Shown piece after piece: positions 22,931 to 32,000 of a stretch of 32,000 nucleotides of DNA. Position 1 is the stretch's first letter. The number at the start of each line of letters is the position of its first letter. This stretch comes from Novosphingobium rosa NBRC 15208 (GTDB lineage Bacteria; Pseudomonadota; Alphaproteobacteria; Sphingomonadales; Sphingomonadaceae). The translations under genes were made by a program, and so were the position numbers. A model generated the notes under the pieces. It worked only from the letters and a program-made list of their open reading frames with translations, did not search any database and was not told where the DNA came from. The stretch covers positions 167,980 through 199,979 of the forward strand of contig NZ_BCZE01000001.1 in the NCBI RefSeq assembly GCF_001598555.1, in the 5' to 3' direction.

Positions 22931-25627
22931 TTACTCCACCAGGTTCTCAAGCTGACCGGAGAGCTCAACGGGTTCGGGCTGCGCTTGCCTGTCGGTAAAG
23001 GCATAATGGAAGCCGTCCGGCCCTGCCGAGACTTCGATCCCCGAGACTTCTTCGCCCCGCATCTGGCGTTCCAGCAGCTGGATCGACATTTCGGGCAGCA
23101 GCGTGTTGGTGAGGATCGCATCGATCATGCGCCCGCCCGAGGCCACCTCATTGCAGCGCGAAACGATCAGGTCGACAACCGATGCAGTGAACGTCAGCGC
23201 GATCTTGTGGTTCTCGGCGATACGCTTCTCGATGCGCTTCAACTGCAGACGCACGATGCCCGAGAGCATGTCGGGGCTCAGCGGATAATAGGGAAGCACC
23301 AGCAGGCGGCCCAACAGGGCGGGCGGGAAGGTTTTCAGCAGATCGGGCCGCAGGGCCCCCGCCAGCGCTTCGGGATCGGGCTTCATCTCCTCGTCCTCCG
23401 ACAAGGTCATCACCAGATCGGTTCCAACATTGGAGGTCAGCAGGATGATGGTGTTCTTGAAATCGATAAAGCGGCCTTCGCTGTCATTCATGAAGCCCTT
23501 GTCGAAGACCTGAAAAAACATCTCATGGACGTCAGGATGGGCCTTCTCCACCTCATCGAGCAACACCACCGAATAGGGACGGCGACGAACCGCCTCGGTA
23601 AGAACCCCTCCCTGCCCGTAACCGACATAGCCCGCAGGCGCGCCCTTCAGCGTCGAGACGGTATGCGCCTCCTGAAATTCGCTCATGTTGATGACGATCA
23701 GCGAGTCATCGCCCGAGAACAGCAGTTCGGCCAGCGCATGCGCCGTCTCGGTCTTCCCCACGCCCGAGGGGCCGCAGAGCATGAAGACGCCGACCGGCTT
23801 GTTGGGATTGTCCAGCTTGGCCCGGCTGGTCTGGATGCGCTTAGCGATGGCATCCATGGCATGGTCCTGCCCGACCACCCGCGCCTTCAACTGATCGGCA
23901 ATGGTCAGCACGCTCTGGATCTCGTCCTTGACCATGCGGCCCACCGGAATGCCGGTCCAGTCGCCCACCACCGCCGCAATGGCATCCTGATCGACCACGC
24001 CAAAGACCATCGGTGTATCGGCCTGCACAGCGCGCATTTCGGCCAGAGCGGTTTCGAGCGCGGCCTTCAACGGGGCCTCATCCTGGCCCCCGTCCTGCCG
24101 CGCGTTGCGAAGGGCATCACGGGCAGCAGCCACACCGGCCAGCGCGTCCTTCTCCCGCTCCCACTTAGCGGTGACTGTCTCCAGCGCCTCGCGCGCAGCG
24201 GCAATCTCTTCCTCGATGCGTTCCAGGCGATCATCGCTGCGGTAATGATCCGAGGCCTCGCGAGAGACAACGTCACGCTCGATCTCAAGCAGTTCGAGGC
24301 GACGGCGGCGATCCTCCACCATGGCGGGCGTGGCATGCTGCGAGACCGCCACACGCGCGCAAGCCGTATCGAGCAGGCTCACCGCCTTGTCCGGCAATTG
24401 CCGCGCGGGCACATAACGCTGCGACAGCAGCACCGCCGCCGCCACAGCCTCATCCAGCACGGTGACGCCATGATGCTTCTCCATCATCGGCGCGACCGAG
24501 CGGATCATGTCGATGGCCTTGCCGGTCTCGGGCTCGCCCACATCGACGGTCTGGAAACGGCGGGTGAGCGCCGGATCTTTCTCGAAATACTGGCGATATT
24601 CGGCATAAGTCGTGGCCGCGATGGTGCGCAGCCGCCCGCGCGCCAGCGCAGGTTTGAGCAGATTGGCCGCATCCCCCGTGCCCGCCTGACCGCCCGCGCC
24701 GATCAGCGTATGTGCCTCATCGATGAACAGGATGATCGGCACCGGCGAGCTTTCCACCTCATCGATCACCTGACGCAGGCGCTTCTCGAACTCGCCCTTC
24801 ACCCCGGCCCCGGCCTGCATCAGCCCGATGTCGAGCGAGCGCACGGTCACACCCTCCAGCGCGGGGGGCACATCGCCATCGGCGACGCGGCGGGCGAAAC
24901 CCTCGGCCACCGCCGTCTTGCCCACGCCTGCTTCGCCGACAAGGATCGGATTGTTCTGGCGGCGGCGCAGCAGAATATCGACCACCTGCCGGATTTCCGC
25001 ATCGCGCCCGATGATGCGGTCGATCTCTCCAGCGCGGGCCCTGGCGGTCAGATCGACGGAGTATTTGGCCAGCGCCTCGCCACGCCCGGCGGCAACAGTG
25101 CCCGGATCGCCCTCGCCCGCCGCAGGCGCCGGAGCGCTGCCTTCGCTGGTTTCAGCCGAGGCGGCGATCATCGCGTCAAAGCTGTTGCCCAGCTTATCGG
25201 CGCTGACCTTGCGCCACTCGCCGCTCAGCACATAGAGCGCATTGCGCAGGGTCGGTGTCTTCAGCATGCCATAGAACAGATGGCCCGAGCGCACCCGGCT
25301 CGCCCCGAATTGCAGCGAGGCATAGAGCCAGCCCTTCTCGATGGCTTCCTCGATCTGCGGCGCGAAATCGGAAATGGCGCTGGCCCCGCGCGGCAGGGCA
25401 TCGAGCGCCGCCACCACATCCTGCGTGAGCCTTGCATCGTCCAGCCCGAAGCTGCTGCGGATCGCGGCGAGATCGTTGCGCGGATCCTGCAGCAAAATAT
25501 GCACCCAGTGGACCAGCTCGACATAGGGATTGCCGCGCATCTTGCAGAAGCTGGTCGCGGTCTCGATGGCCTTGAGCGGCACCGGGCCAAGGCGCTCGAA
25601 CAGGGCCGTACGGCTGATCTCGGACAT
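22931..25627 (-). CDS. tssH: T6SS AAA+ ATPase ClpV/TssH
   Basis: 898 aa. ClpV-type N-domain (MSEISRTALFERLGPVPLKAIETATSFCKMRGNPYVELVHWVHILLQ). Two Walker A boxes (GEAGVGKTAV, GPSGVGKTETA). Walker B as ILFIDEAH and VVLLDEVEKAH. Confidence 0.95.
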   Translation of the reverse strand: MSEISRTALFERLGPVPLKAIETATSFCKMRGNPYVELVHWVHILLQDPRNDLAAIRSSFGLDDARLTQDVVAALDALPRGASAISDFAPQIEEAIEKGWLYASLQFGASRVRSGHLFYGMLKTPTLRNALYVLSGEWRKVSADKLGNSFDAMIAASAETSEGSAPAPAAGEGDPGTVAAGRGEALAKYSVDLTARARAGEIDRIIGRDAEIRQVVDILLRRRQNNPILVGEAGVGKTAVAEGFARRVADGDVPPALEGVTVRSLDIGLMQAGAGVKGEFEKRLRQVIDEVESSPVPIILFIDEAHTLIGAGGQAGTGDAANLLKPALARGRLRTIAATTYAEYRQYFEKDPALTRRFQTVDVGEPETGKAIDMIRSVAPMMEKHHGVTVLDEAVAAAVLLSQRYVPARQLPDKAVSLLDTACARVAVSQHATPAMVEDRRRRLELLEIERDVVSREASDHYRSDDRLERIEEEIAAAREALETVTAKWEREKDALAGVAAARDALRNARQDGGQDEAPLKAALETALAEMRAVQADTPMVFGVVDQDAIAAVVGDWTGIPVGRMVKDEIQSVLTIADQLKARVVGQDHAMDAIAKRIQTSRAKLDNPNKPVGVFMLCGPSGVGKTETAHALAELLFSGDDSLIVINMSEFQEAHTVSTLKGAPAGYVGYGQGGVLTEAVRRRPYSVVLLDEVEKAHPDVHEMFFQVFDKGFMNDSEGRFIDFKNTIILLTSNVGTDLVMTLSEDEEMKPDPEALAGALRPDLLKTFPPALLGRLLVLPYYPLSPDMLSGIVRLQLKRIEKRIAENHKIALTFTASVVDLIVSRCNEVASGGRMIDAILTNTLLPEMSIQLLERQMRGEEVSGIEVSAGPDGFHYAFTDRQAQPEPVELSGQLENLVE

Positions 25628-26659
25628 TTACAGTTCCCCCAAGGATGCGTGAGCCGGTTTCATGCGGCGCAGATGCGCGTCGGACCGGATGATGTCGGAT
25701 GGTTTCGGGCTGAGCCAACCCGTCCAGCCCAGCCGCGTGCGGCCATCGAGGCGCGCGGGCGGCACTTCGCTTTGCGGAATATCGATGCGGATATCCCATT
25801 CCAGATGGCTGGGCGCAAAGGCATCGAGCGCTTCCGAGGCAATGGTGAAGCGCGGCTGGCCGGGCAGCAGTTTTTCGAACTCGCCAAAGTTGCGCGCGCC
25901 GATCACCACGCTGAAACTGTCCGAGGCGGTACGGATGCGGCTGCCCAGCACGACATCCCGCCCCAAAGTGGCGAAACCCTTGCCGAGGCGGCTGCGGTCT
26001 TCTGCCTCGATCGCGCGCCAGCGCGGCTGATATTCGATGACGCGCACCGGCTGGCCGAGCAGATGGCCCAGCGAATCCTCGATGCCGATGGCGCTGCGCC
26101 GCGAGGCGAAGAGCGAGGCATAATGCACCCGCGCCCGTGCCGGAAAAGCCGCGTGATCGGAAACGTCTTCCGTCGCGCCCGACAGGAACGCCAGATAAGC
26201 GCCAAAGCGGTCATCGGCGGGGCGGTCGGCCTGCACCGCAGGTTGGGAATCGGCCCATGCGCGGTAGAAGAACTGCAACATGCGGTTCGCCAGCACATCC
26301 AGCCAGCGACCGAAGGGCCTCTGCCTGGCATAGCGATGCTCGAACGCCGCGAATTCGGTCAGATGCACCGGCAGCGGCCCCATTGGGCCGGTCAGCCCCA
26401 GCCAATAGCCGTTGATCTGCGCGCGCTGGTGGCGAAACTCCACCGAATGCAGCGTGGGCGCGGGAAAATGCATCGCCGGGATTTGCGCCAGATCGACGAT
26501 ACTCTGATCCGGGCGACGCGCTTCACCCAGACGCGGCAGATCGGGCGCGCGCGCCTCCGCACCGCGCACCGCCGGGAACATCCCGAAGAGGCGCGCCTTC
26601 TCCCTGATCCTTTCGAGGAAGGTCAGATGGTGTGGCGGCGACCCATGCGCGGCGGCCAT
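25628..26659 (-). CDS. tssG: T6SS baseplate subunit TssG
   Basis: 343 aa, directly abutting the clpV start. Size and position after tssF fit TssG. The N-terminal ...LFGMFPAVRGAEA... stands in for the usual F-F-Q-A-V-R-L-L-E block. 37-nt overlap with the tssF end. Confidence 0.85.
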   Translation of the reverse strand: MAAAHGSPPHHLTFLERIREKARLFGMFPAVRGAEARAPDLPRLGEARRPDQSIVDLAQIPAMHFPAPTLHSVEFRHQRAQINGYWLGLTGPMGPLPVHLTEFAAFEHRYARQRPFGRWLDVLANRMLQFFYRAWADSQPAVQADRPADDRFGAYLAFLSGATEDVSDHAAFPARARVHYASLFASRRSAIGIEDSLGHLLGQPVRVIEYQPRWRAIEAEDRSRLGKGFATLGRDVVLGSRIRTASDSFSVVIGARNFGEFEKLLPGQPRFTIASEALDAFAPSHLEWDIRIDIPQSEVPPARLDGRTRLGWTGWLSPKPSDIIRSDAHLRRMKPAHASLGEL

Positions 26660-28479
26660 TGCGCGACATCCCCCTCGTTCGGACTATGGAAGTGGCATTC
26701 GGTGAACGCGTTGATGCTGGCGAATTCGGCCAGAAAGCGCTCCAGAACGGCGGTGAAGAGGAACATGCCGCTCTTGTCGAAAGCGGCGTCGTCCAGCTTG
26801 ATGCGAATGCGATGGCCGCGCGCCAGCGCCATGCGGTCCAGCCCCGGCACGCGGCGCATCACCTTGGTTGAACGGATCGCCAGAACGCCGTCGATCTGGC
26901 GGCGCAGGGCGGCTTCATCCTGCTGGCCGTAAAGCGCCAGATGGTCACGCAGGGCGGAAGGGTCGTCATGATCTTCCGAGGCCAGCGTGGCGTAATTGGG
27001 GGTAAGATGGGCAATCACCCGCCACGCCGCATCGCCCAGCCCCAGCGGCGGGCGCGGGCGCGTGGGCGCACGCAGCACCGTGACGGCGCGAACCGGAACG
27101 CCCGAAACGGTGAAATGCTGGTCGCCGCGAAACGACAGCAATTCGGGCAATTCGCGGTTGGTGACCAGCGCGCGCACCGCCAGCTCATGCACATCGTCCA
27201 GCCGCGTAGCATCGCCAGGCGAGGTCAGGCTGAGCCACGTATCGGTACCGACATATTCGCTGCGGCGGCGCAGGCGTCTTTCGCGGGTGGAGAGGCGGCG
27301 CGGGCGCAGCTGCGTGGAGTAGAACAAAGCCTCGCGCCAGTCATAGAGCAAGGCTCCGAAAGCATAGAGCGGCGCGACGGTCTTGGGATCGAGATTGTCC
27401 CGCGCATAGGCCTTGACGTCGAGCAGGCGGAACACCTCGAAATCATTGCGCCTGGTGCGGTCCGGGATGACATGGAATTCATGCTCATGCGGGCGGACCT
27501 GCACGCGGTCGAGCTGCTTTTCGAACAGATTGATCGCGGGGGTGGCGAAAAGCCTGAAGTTCGTCTTGTCCACCGCGCGCGCCAGCGTGGACGAGGCGCG
27601 CGAGAACAGCAGCACCACATCGCACATCTGCGGCGAGGCGCGAAAGGCCCGATCCAGTCCCTTCAACCGCGTGAACAGAAACCTTTCGGGGCACGCGAAA
27701 TATTCCGACAACAGCCGATAGCCGCGAAAGGAGCGCTGCTCTGCCGGAAGCAGGGCCTCATCATCCTCGAAGCCGATCTGTTCGGGCAGCGGCAGCGCCA
27801 TCCAGGGCGCATTGGCCGGGGCATCCGCCGAGCGCGCCAGCACACCCAGCGTCTCGCCGATGATCTGGCGGTAGAGTTCATTGGGCACAGCCTCTGCGCC
27901 ATGGAGATGGATCGCCAGATCCTTCACCTTGATCTGCGGCAGATCGGCGCCCGGCGTGGCGGCAAAGCGCAGGCGCAGGCCAGCCTCGGCGCGGATCTCG
28001 CCCGAACCGGCGTAGGACGCCACCGCCGCGCGAGTGGAAAGATACTCCGCCTCGACGATCGCCAGCGGCCACAGGGTGACATCGTGTCCGGTGCGGAACA
28101 TCACCGGCGCATTGTCCTGTGTGTTGGCCACCAGTTGCGTGCCGCGCGGCACATGATGGCCCGCCAGCAGGTTCTGCTCGCCCTGCTTGGGTTCGAAACC
28201 GGCGATGCAGATCGAGGGCATCGGGGCCAGATAATGCGGCTGGATCGCATGCAACAGATGCGAGGTGAACTCGGGATATTGATCCGCGAGCTTGAGCTGC
28301 ACCCGCGCGCCCAGAAAAGCCACGCCTTCCAGCAGGCGCTCGACGTAGGGGTCGGGGTCGGTCGGCGTCTTGAGGCCAAGACGGCCCGCGACGGTCTCAT
28401 GCTCCTCGCCGAATTCGCGCGCGGCTTCGCGCAGATAGGCCAGCTCATCGTTGTAATGGCGCAGCAGGCGCGGGTCCAT
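26623..28479 (-). CDS. tssF: T6SS baseplate subunit TssF
   Basis: 618 aa beginning MDPRLLRHYNDELAYLREAAREFGEEH, the hallmark TssF N-terminus. Located between tssE and tssG. Confidence 0.95.
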   Translation of the reverse strand: MDPRLLRHYNDELAYLREAAREFGEEHETVAGRLGLKTPTDPDPYVERLLEGVAFLGARVQLKLADQYPEFTSHLLHAIQPHYLAPMPSICIAGFEPKQGEQNLLAGHHVPRGTQLVANTQDNAPVMFRTGHDVTLWPLAIVEAEYLSTRAAVASYAGSGEIRAEAGLRLRFAATPGADLPQIKVKDLAIHLHGAEAVPNELYRQIIGETLGVLARSADAPANAPWMALPLPEQIGFEDDEALLPAEQRSFRGYRLLSEYFACPERFLFTRLKGLDRAFRASPQMCDVVLLFSRASSTLARAVDKTNFRLFATPAINLFEKQLDRVQVRPHEHEFHVIPDRTRRNDFEVFRLLDVKAYARDNLDPKTVAPLYAFGALLYDWREALFYSTQLRPRRLSTRERRLRRRSEYVGTDTWLSLTSPGDATRLDDVHELAVRALVTNRELPELLSFRGDQHFTVSGVPVRAVTVLRAPTRPRPPLGLGDAAWRVIAHLTPNYATLASEDHDDPSALRDHLALYGQQDEAALRRQIDGVLAIRSTKVMRRVPGLDRMALARGHRIRIKLDDAAFDKSGMFLFTAVLERFLAEFASINAFTECHFHSPNEGDVAQWPPRMGRRHTI

Positions 28480-28485
28480 GAGGGC

Positions 28486-29019
28486 TTACTCCCGCACATC
28501 GACGGCGACGGTTTCCGGGTCCACCTCGGTCCGGAATTTTACCGGCATGGCCTGAGCGGCAGCCGTGATGTCAGCGCGGATCACAAAGGTGATGGTGTTG
28601 GGCTTGTCATGGCTTTCGGCCGGTTCGACACTGAGCGAATCCTCGCCCAGACGCGGCTCATACTGGCGGATCGCCTTGCGGATTTCCCGCGCGCGGTTGA
28701 GGATGGCCCGCCGTGTCAGCGGCTTGCCCGCCAGATCGCTGAGCCCGTAATTCAGCACCGAGCTTTGCACATGCGGATAGGGCTCCAGATCATGGAGCGC
28801 TTCCAGATTGGTGGTGTTGAGCAACCAGGCAAGCTCGCGCCGGATCGTGCTGCGCAGCGCAGCCTCATTGAAGCGGTCGAGCCGGGGCACTGTGTAATGC
28901 CGGAACTTCTCGCGCGAGACCTCGGGCGTATCCGAATGGATGTCTTTCAGCCCGGAAATGTCGATGTCCGCCACAAGCTTGTCGAACAGCGTGGGCGTGA
29001 GACGGTGACTGACGGCCAT
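28486..29019 (-). CDS. tssE: T6SS baseplate subunit TssE (gp25-like)
   Basis: MAVSHRLTPTLFDKLV...IRRELAWLLNTTNLEA...VLNYGLSDLAGK is a typical GPW/gp25 signature. ATG 29019 is preferred over the TTG at 29025 used by the ORF track. Confidence 0.9.
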   Translation of the reverse strand: MAVSHRLTPTLFDKLVADIDISGLKDIHSDTPEVSREKFRHYTVPRLDRFNEAALRSTIRRELAWLLNTTNLEALHDLEPYPHVQSSVLNYGLSDLAGKPLTRRAILNRAREIRKAIRQYEPRLGEDSLSVEPAESHDKPNTITFVIRADITAAAQAMPVKFRTEVDPETVAVDVRE

Positions 29020-29021
29020 GG

Positions 29022-29807
29022 TCAATCGAAGCTCAGGTCGCGCAGGCTCAGCAGCCCGCGATCCTCGCCATTCGAAAGCGTCCAGAGGCGCTGGCCCGAC
29101 CCCAAATCGCCAAAGTCATGCCCCCGCCATTGCGTTTCACGGGCGAGGCGCTCTCTATTGTCCTGTGCAGCCTCGCTGCCCGGATAGCGGGCAGGCAGGA
29201 AACCCGCCACCGACTGCCCGGATTTGAACGCAATCTGCACCGGATACCACACCAGATCGCGCAGATCGCGCGGCCCCTCGCTGGTGATGCTGGCGACCTG
29301 ATCGAAAGGCTGGAGCCCATAGCGCCCGCCGATGATGGCCTCGAAAGCAGGGCCGAAGCGCGCATCGGCATCGGCGATCCACCCGAAACTTTCACCGTTG
29401 AAACGACCGGGAGCATCGGGCGCGGCATCGAAAGCAGCATCGCGCGCGGCAATAGCGTCATGCGCGCGGCCATTGGTCAGATGATGCAGCGCATCGATGA
29501 CACCATCGCACCAGTCGGACGCCACATGCTGACGCGCCCTTTGACGCCCGGCAAAGACCTCCGCACGTTCAAGCTCGGCATCGATCGCCTGACCATAGGC
29601 GGTTGCCAGCATCTGCGCTTCACCCGAAAGCTGGGCAAGGGCCTGCAATTGCTTGCGAGCCTTGTCCCACTCGCCGGCCACAGCCAGCAACTGGAACAGG
29701 AACATGCGCGCCGCCTGATCGGCGGGCTGCGCCCGGACGGTATCGACCAATGCGGCACGCGCACCTTCGACATCGCCCGAACGCAGCAAAGTATCGGCAT
29801 CCGCCAT
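29022..29807 (-). CDS. tagJ: T6SS accessory protein TagJ (ImpE/SciE family)
   Basis: 261 aa. N-terminal TPR-like LLRSGDVEGARAALVDTVRAQPADQAARMFLFQLLAVAGEWDKA. C-terminal FGWIADADARFGPAFEAIIGGRYGLQPF...DLVWYPVQI...LPARYPGS matches ImpE conservation. Confidence 0.85.
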   Translation of the reverse strand: MADADTLLRSGDVEGARAALVDTVRAQPADQAARMFLFQLLAVAGEWDKARKQLQALAQLSGEAQMLATAYGQAIDAELERAEVFAGRQRARQHVASDWCDGVIDALHHLTNGRAHDAIAARDAAFDAAPDAPGRFNGESFGWIADADARFGPAFEAIIGGRYGLQPFDQVASITSEGPRDLRDLVWYPVQIAFKSGQSVAGFLPARYPGSEAAQDNRERLARETQWRGHDFGDLGSGQRLWTLSNGEDRGLLSLRDLSFD

Positions 29808-29815
29808 GGTTCGGA

Positions 29816-30310
29816 TCAGCTGGCGACGTTCTGGCGAATGTCGTAGCTGGCAGTGATGACGCCGCCATCCTTGCCGCCGCTGCGGTTCTGCGGCTGATAG
29901 TCGAAGGTCACCTTGGCAGTGTTGAACACGACCGATTCCATGATGGCATCGCCGTGGCTGGCGCCCTGATTGTCCACTGAAGAAACGATGACGTCTTCCA
30001 GCGTGATCTTGTAATAGACCAGCGGATTGGTGCCATCACCGGCCTTCTGCGAGTAAATGATGACCTGCGGAATATGACGGCCCGAAGCGCAGGCGCTGAA
30101 CAGTTTGGCCGAAGACTTGTCGACTTCCTTGGTGATCGAGATGTCGCGGATTTCTGCCTTGCCCGAACCGCCACCGGCACCGCCGGTGTGGAAGGAACCG
30201 TGCTGGGCCGCGCCGAAGTTGAAGGAAATGATATCGATTTCCTTCTCGTGACCCTTCTTCTGACTTTCACCGTCGATCCCGTCGATCTTCAGGAACAGAT
30301 CAACTGCCAT
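29816..30310 (-). CDS. hcp: Hcp (TssD) T6SS inner tube protein
   Basis: MAVDLFLKIDGIDGESQKKGHEKEIDIISFNFGA... is a textbook Hcp N-terminus. 164 aa. AGGGGA RBS. Confidence 0.95.
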   Translation of the reverse strand: MAVDLFLKIDGIDGESQKKGHEKEIDIISFNFGAAQHGSFHTGGAGGGSGKAEIRDISITKEVDKSSAKLFSACASGRHIPQVIIYSQKAGDGTNPLVYYKITLEDVIVSSVDNQGASHGDAIMESVVFNTAKVTFDYQPQNRSGGKDGGVITASYDIRQNVAS

Positions 30311-30408
30311 TAGAAATCCCCTAAGTCATGAACAACAAATCGAACTTAAATTCCGATTGTTGCAATAGCTCGAAATCTTATAAGTTAAAAATCAATTCGT
30401 CGCGAAAA
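30311..30408 (-). promoter_or_regulatory. AT-rich 98-bp tssC-hcp spacer (about one-third G+C by hand count)
   Basis: This is the only sizeable gap inside the otherwise overlapping or abutting core operon. GATTT occurs four times on the minus strand. It is preceded by the stem CGCGAA/TTCGCG (30401-30422), whose loop contains the tssC stop codon. Confidence 0.3.
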
Positions 30409-31899
30409 TCATGCACTTCGCGGCAATCTCGATACCATGCTGAGCGCAATATCCATGCCCTCCAACTGGTAATGCGGAACGAACATGAACTTGCCCTTAT
30501 AGTAACCGGGATATTCATCATCCGGCACGATTTCGATACGGGCATCCTTGAGTGGCAGGCGGGCCTTGGTTTCTTCGCTCGACAGCGCCGGAGAGCCATC
30601 GACATATTGCAGAACCCAATTGTGCAGATCGCGCTGCAGCTGATCGGCCTCGCGGTTGCCGCCAACCCAGTCGCGCACCATGCACTTCAGATAATGCGCA
30701 AAGCGGCAGCTGGCGAAGATATAAGGCAGGCGCGCCGAAAGATTCGCATTGGCCGTGGCATCGGCATTCTCGTAATTCTTCGCGCGATGCAGCGTCTGGG
30801 CACCAATAAAGGTGGCCTGATCGCTGTTCTTGCGATGAATCAGCGCAATCATGCCCGCCGCAGAAAGCTCAGCTTCACGACGATCCGAAATGGCAATTTC
30901 GGTAGGGCACTTGTAGTCTACGCCGCCGTCGTCAGTCGGGAAGGTCGCGGTCGGCAGGCCCTCGACTGTGCCACCCGATTCCACGCCGCGAATACGCGTG
31001 CACCAGCCATAGGTGTTGAAGGCCTCGGTGATGCGAGTGCCCATGGCGTAAGAGGCATTCAGCCAGAGGTGATGGTCATGCTCACCGCCGGTTTCCTCTT
31101 CGAAATCAAACTCATCGACCGGCTCTGTCTTGGCGCCGTAGACCGGGCGCCCCAGAAAACGCGGCATGGTCAGCGAAAGATAACGGCTGTCTTCCGACGC
31201 GCGGAAGGTACGCCAGGCCGAATATTCCTGCGCATCGAACAGCTTGCCCAGATCGCGCGGATTGGCCAGTTCGGTCCAGCTTTCCATGCCGAACAGCGGC
31301 GGCGCGGCGGCGGCGATAAAGGGCGCATGCGCAGCGGCGCCGATCTTGGCGAGGCCCTTCATGACCTCCAGATTCGGTGCAGTGTGATCGAAGTAATAGT
31401 CGCAAACGAAAGCGCCATAGGGCTGGCCACCCAATTGACCGAATTCGGATTCATAGACCTTCTTGAAGAGCGGGCTCTGATCCCATGCCGCATCGCGATA
31501 CTGGCGGAACATCTTGCGACATTCCTCCTTCGACATATTCATGACACGGATCTTCATATCCTTGCCGGTCGAGGTGTTCATCACCATATAGTGAAGACCA
31601 CGCCATGCGCTTTCCAGCGCCTGAAACTCTTCATTGTGGATGATCTGGTTGACCTGCTCGGTCAGCTTGCGGTCCAACTCGGCGCGCAGCGCGTCCACTG
31701 TGGCATAGACATCCTCACCGATGATCGAGGCATTCTCCAGCGCCTGATGCGCCAGGGTCTTGACCGATTCCTCGATGCGGTTCTTGCGGATATCGTCGGC
31801 GGGCTTGAACTCCTTCTGGAGCAGCGCCGTGAAATCATCCAGCTGCGCACCCTCGATCTGGAGCGACGCGGCGCCGCCCTGAACTGCTTCCTGTGCCAT
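30409..31899 (-). CDS. tssC: T6SS contractile sheath large subunit TssC
   Basis: 496 aa. Conserved sheath blocks: ...VMNMSKEECRKMF..., ...PYGAFVCDYYF..., ...APFIAAAAPPLFGMESWTEL..., ...LTMPRFLGRPVYG.... Follows tssB. Confidence 0.95.
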   Translation of the reverse strand: MAQEAVQGGAASLQIEGAQLDDFTALLQKEFKPADDIRKNRIEESVKTLAHQALENASIIGEDVYATVDALRAELDRKLTEQVNQIIHNEEFQALESAWRGLHYMVMNTSTGKDMKIRVMNMSKEECRKMFRQYRDAAWDQSPLFKKVYESEFGQLGGQPYGAFVCDYYFDHTAPNLEVMKGLAKIGAAAHAPFIAAAAPPLFGMESWTELANPRDLGKLFDAQEYSAWRTFRASEDSRYLSLTMPRFLGRPVYGAKTEPVDEFDFEEETGGEHDHHLWLNASYAMGTRITEAFNTYGWCTRIRGVESGGTVEGLPTATFPTDDGGVDYKCPTEIAISDRREAELSAAGMIALIHRKNSDQATFIGAQTLHRAKNYENADATANANLSARLPYIFASCRFAHYLKCMVRDWVGGNREADQLQRDLHNWVLQYVDGSPALSSEETKARLPLKDARIEIVPDDEYPGYYKGKFMFVPHYQLEGMDIALSMVSRLPRSA

Positions 31900-31916
31900 G
31901 TGTCTTATCCCCGGTC

Positions 31917-32000
31917 TCAGGCCTGTTCGGCCGAATTGGCTTCGCTTTTCGCGGCATCCGCGGAAGAGAGCGCCGACAGCAGCGCCGGATCTTTCAGCAC
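31917..32000 (-). CDS. tssB: T6SS sheath small subunit TssB, C-terminal end only (gene continues beyond window)
   Basis: Manual translation of the minus strand from nt 32000 gives VLKDPALLSALSSADAAKSEANSAEQA-stop (TGA at 31917-31919). Position is immediately upstream of tssC. Confidence 0.75.
   Translation of the reverse strand: MLKDPALLSALSSADAAKSEANSAEQA

Noticed and set aside
22903-23121. Upstream extension of ORF 22399..23121
   Set aside because: It would overlap the 3' end of clpV by ~190 nt. The internal ATG at 22902 yields a clean signal peptide, so the shorter gene is preferred.
22697-26932. 1411-aa ORF on the plus strand, antisense to clpV, tssG and the end of tssF
   Set aside because: It spans three well-supported minus-strand genes with Walker motifs and T6SS signatures. 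Its translation is Arg/Gly/His-rich and featureless. It is a GC-driven open antisense frame.
26941-29187. 748-aa plus-strand ORF opposite tssF, tssE and tagJ
   Set aside because: It is antisense to three canonical T6SS genes and its translation is low-complexity. Same GC artefact as the others.
1-32000. Search for CRISPR arrays, tRNA/rRNA genes, IS elements, integrases and long direct or inverted repeats flanking the cargo region
   Set aside because: Reading both strands revealed none. Short dispersed repeats cannot be excluded without a computational repeat search.

Overview
High-GC window, probably from an alphaproteobacterium of sphingomonad type (inferred from composition and the number of TonB-dependent receptors). 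All calls rest on ORF structure and motif recognition by eye; no similarity search was possible. It has two parts.

**nt 1-14253, ordinary accessory catabolism.**
- A translationally coupled operon: TonB-dependent receptor (partial), tannase/feruloyl-esterase-family hydrolase, MmgE/PrpD-family protein, secreted alpha/beta hydrolase.
- A CrtI-like FAD oxidoreductase and an SDR, with a divergent HxlR regulator.
- A second TonB-dependent receptor, an NAD-epimerase-like gene and a LysR regulator on one strand, divergent from an FAD monooxygenase.

**nt 14306-32000, all on the minus strand: a type VI secretion system (T6SS) block with a cargo tail.**
- The core genes follow the classical imp order: tssB (partial), tssC, hcp, tagJ/impE, tssE, tssF, tssG, clpV/tssH.
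- Next come a MORN-like secreted protein and a small periplasmic lipoprotein-like protein.
- A signal-less LAS/M15-type peptidase with a peptidoglycan-binding domain follows.
- Then a stand-alone PAAR protein, and an 1121-aa Rhs protein with a 231-aa candidate immunity gene 1 nt downstream.
- A lower-GC four-gene tail closes the block: glycine-zipper surface antigen, ClpP-fold periplasmic protein, phage-tail-lysozyme-like protein, and a small 4-Cys periplasmic protein.

**Most interesting item.** The Rhs protein's N-terminus looks like a DUF4123 T6SS adaptor, which is normally a separate protein. Its post-DPLGL toxin region combines a glycine-zipper transmembrane segment with an unclassified C-terminal domain.

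No vgrG, rRNA, tRNA, CRISPR array, transposase or integrase was recognised.
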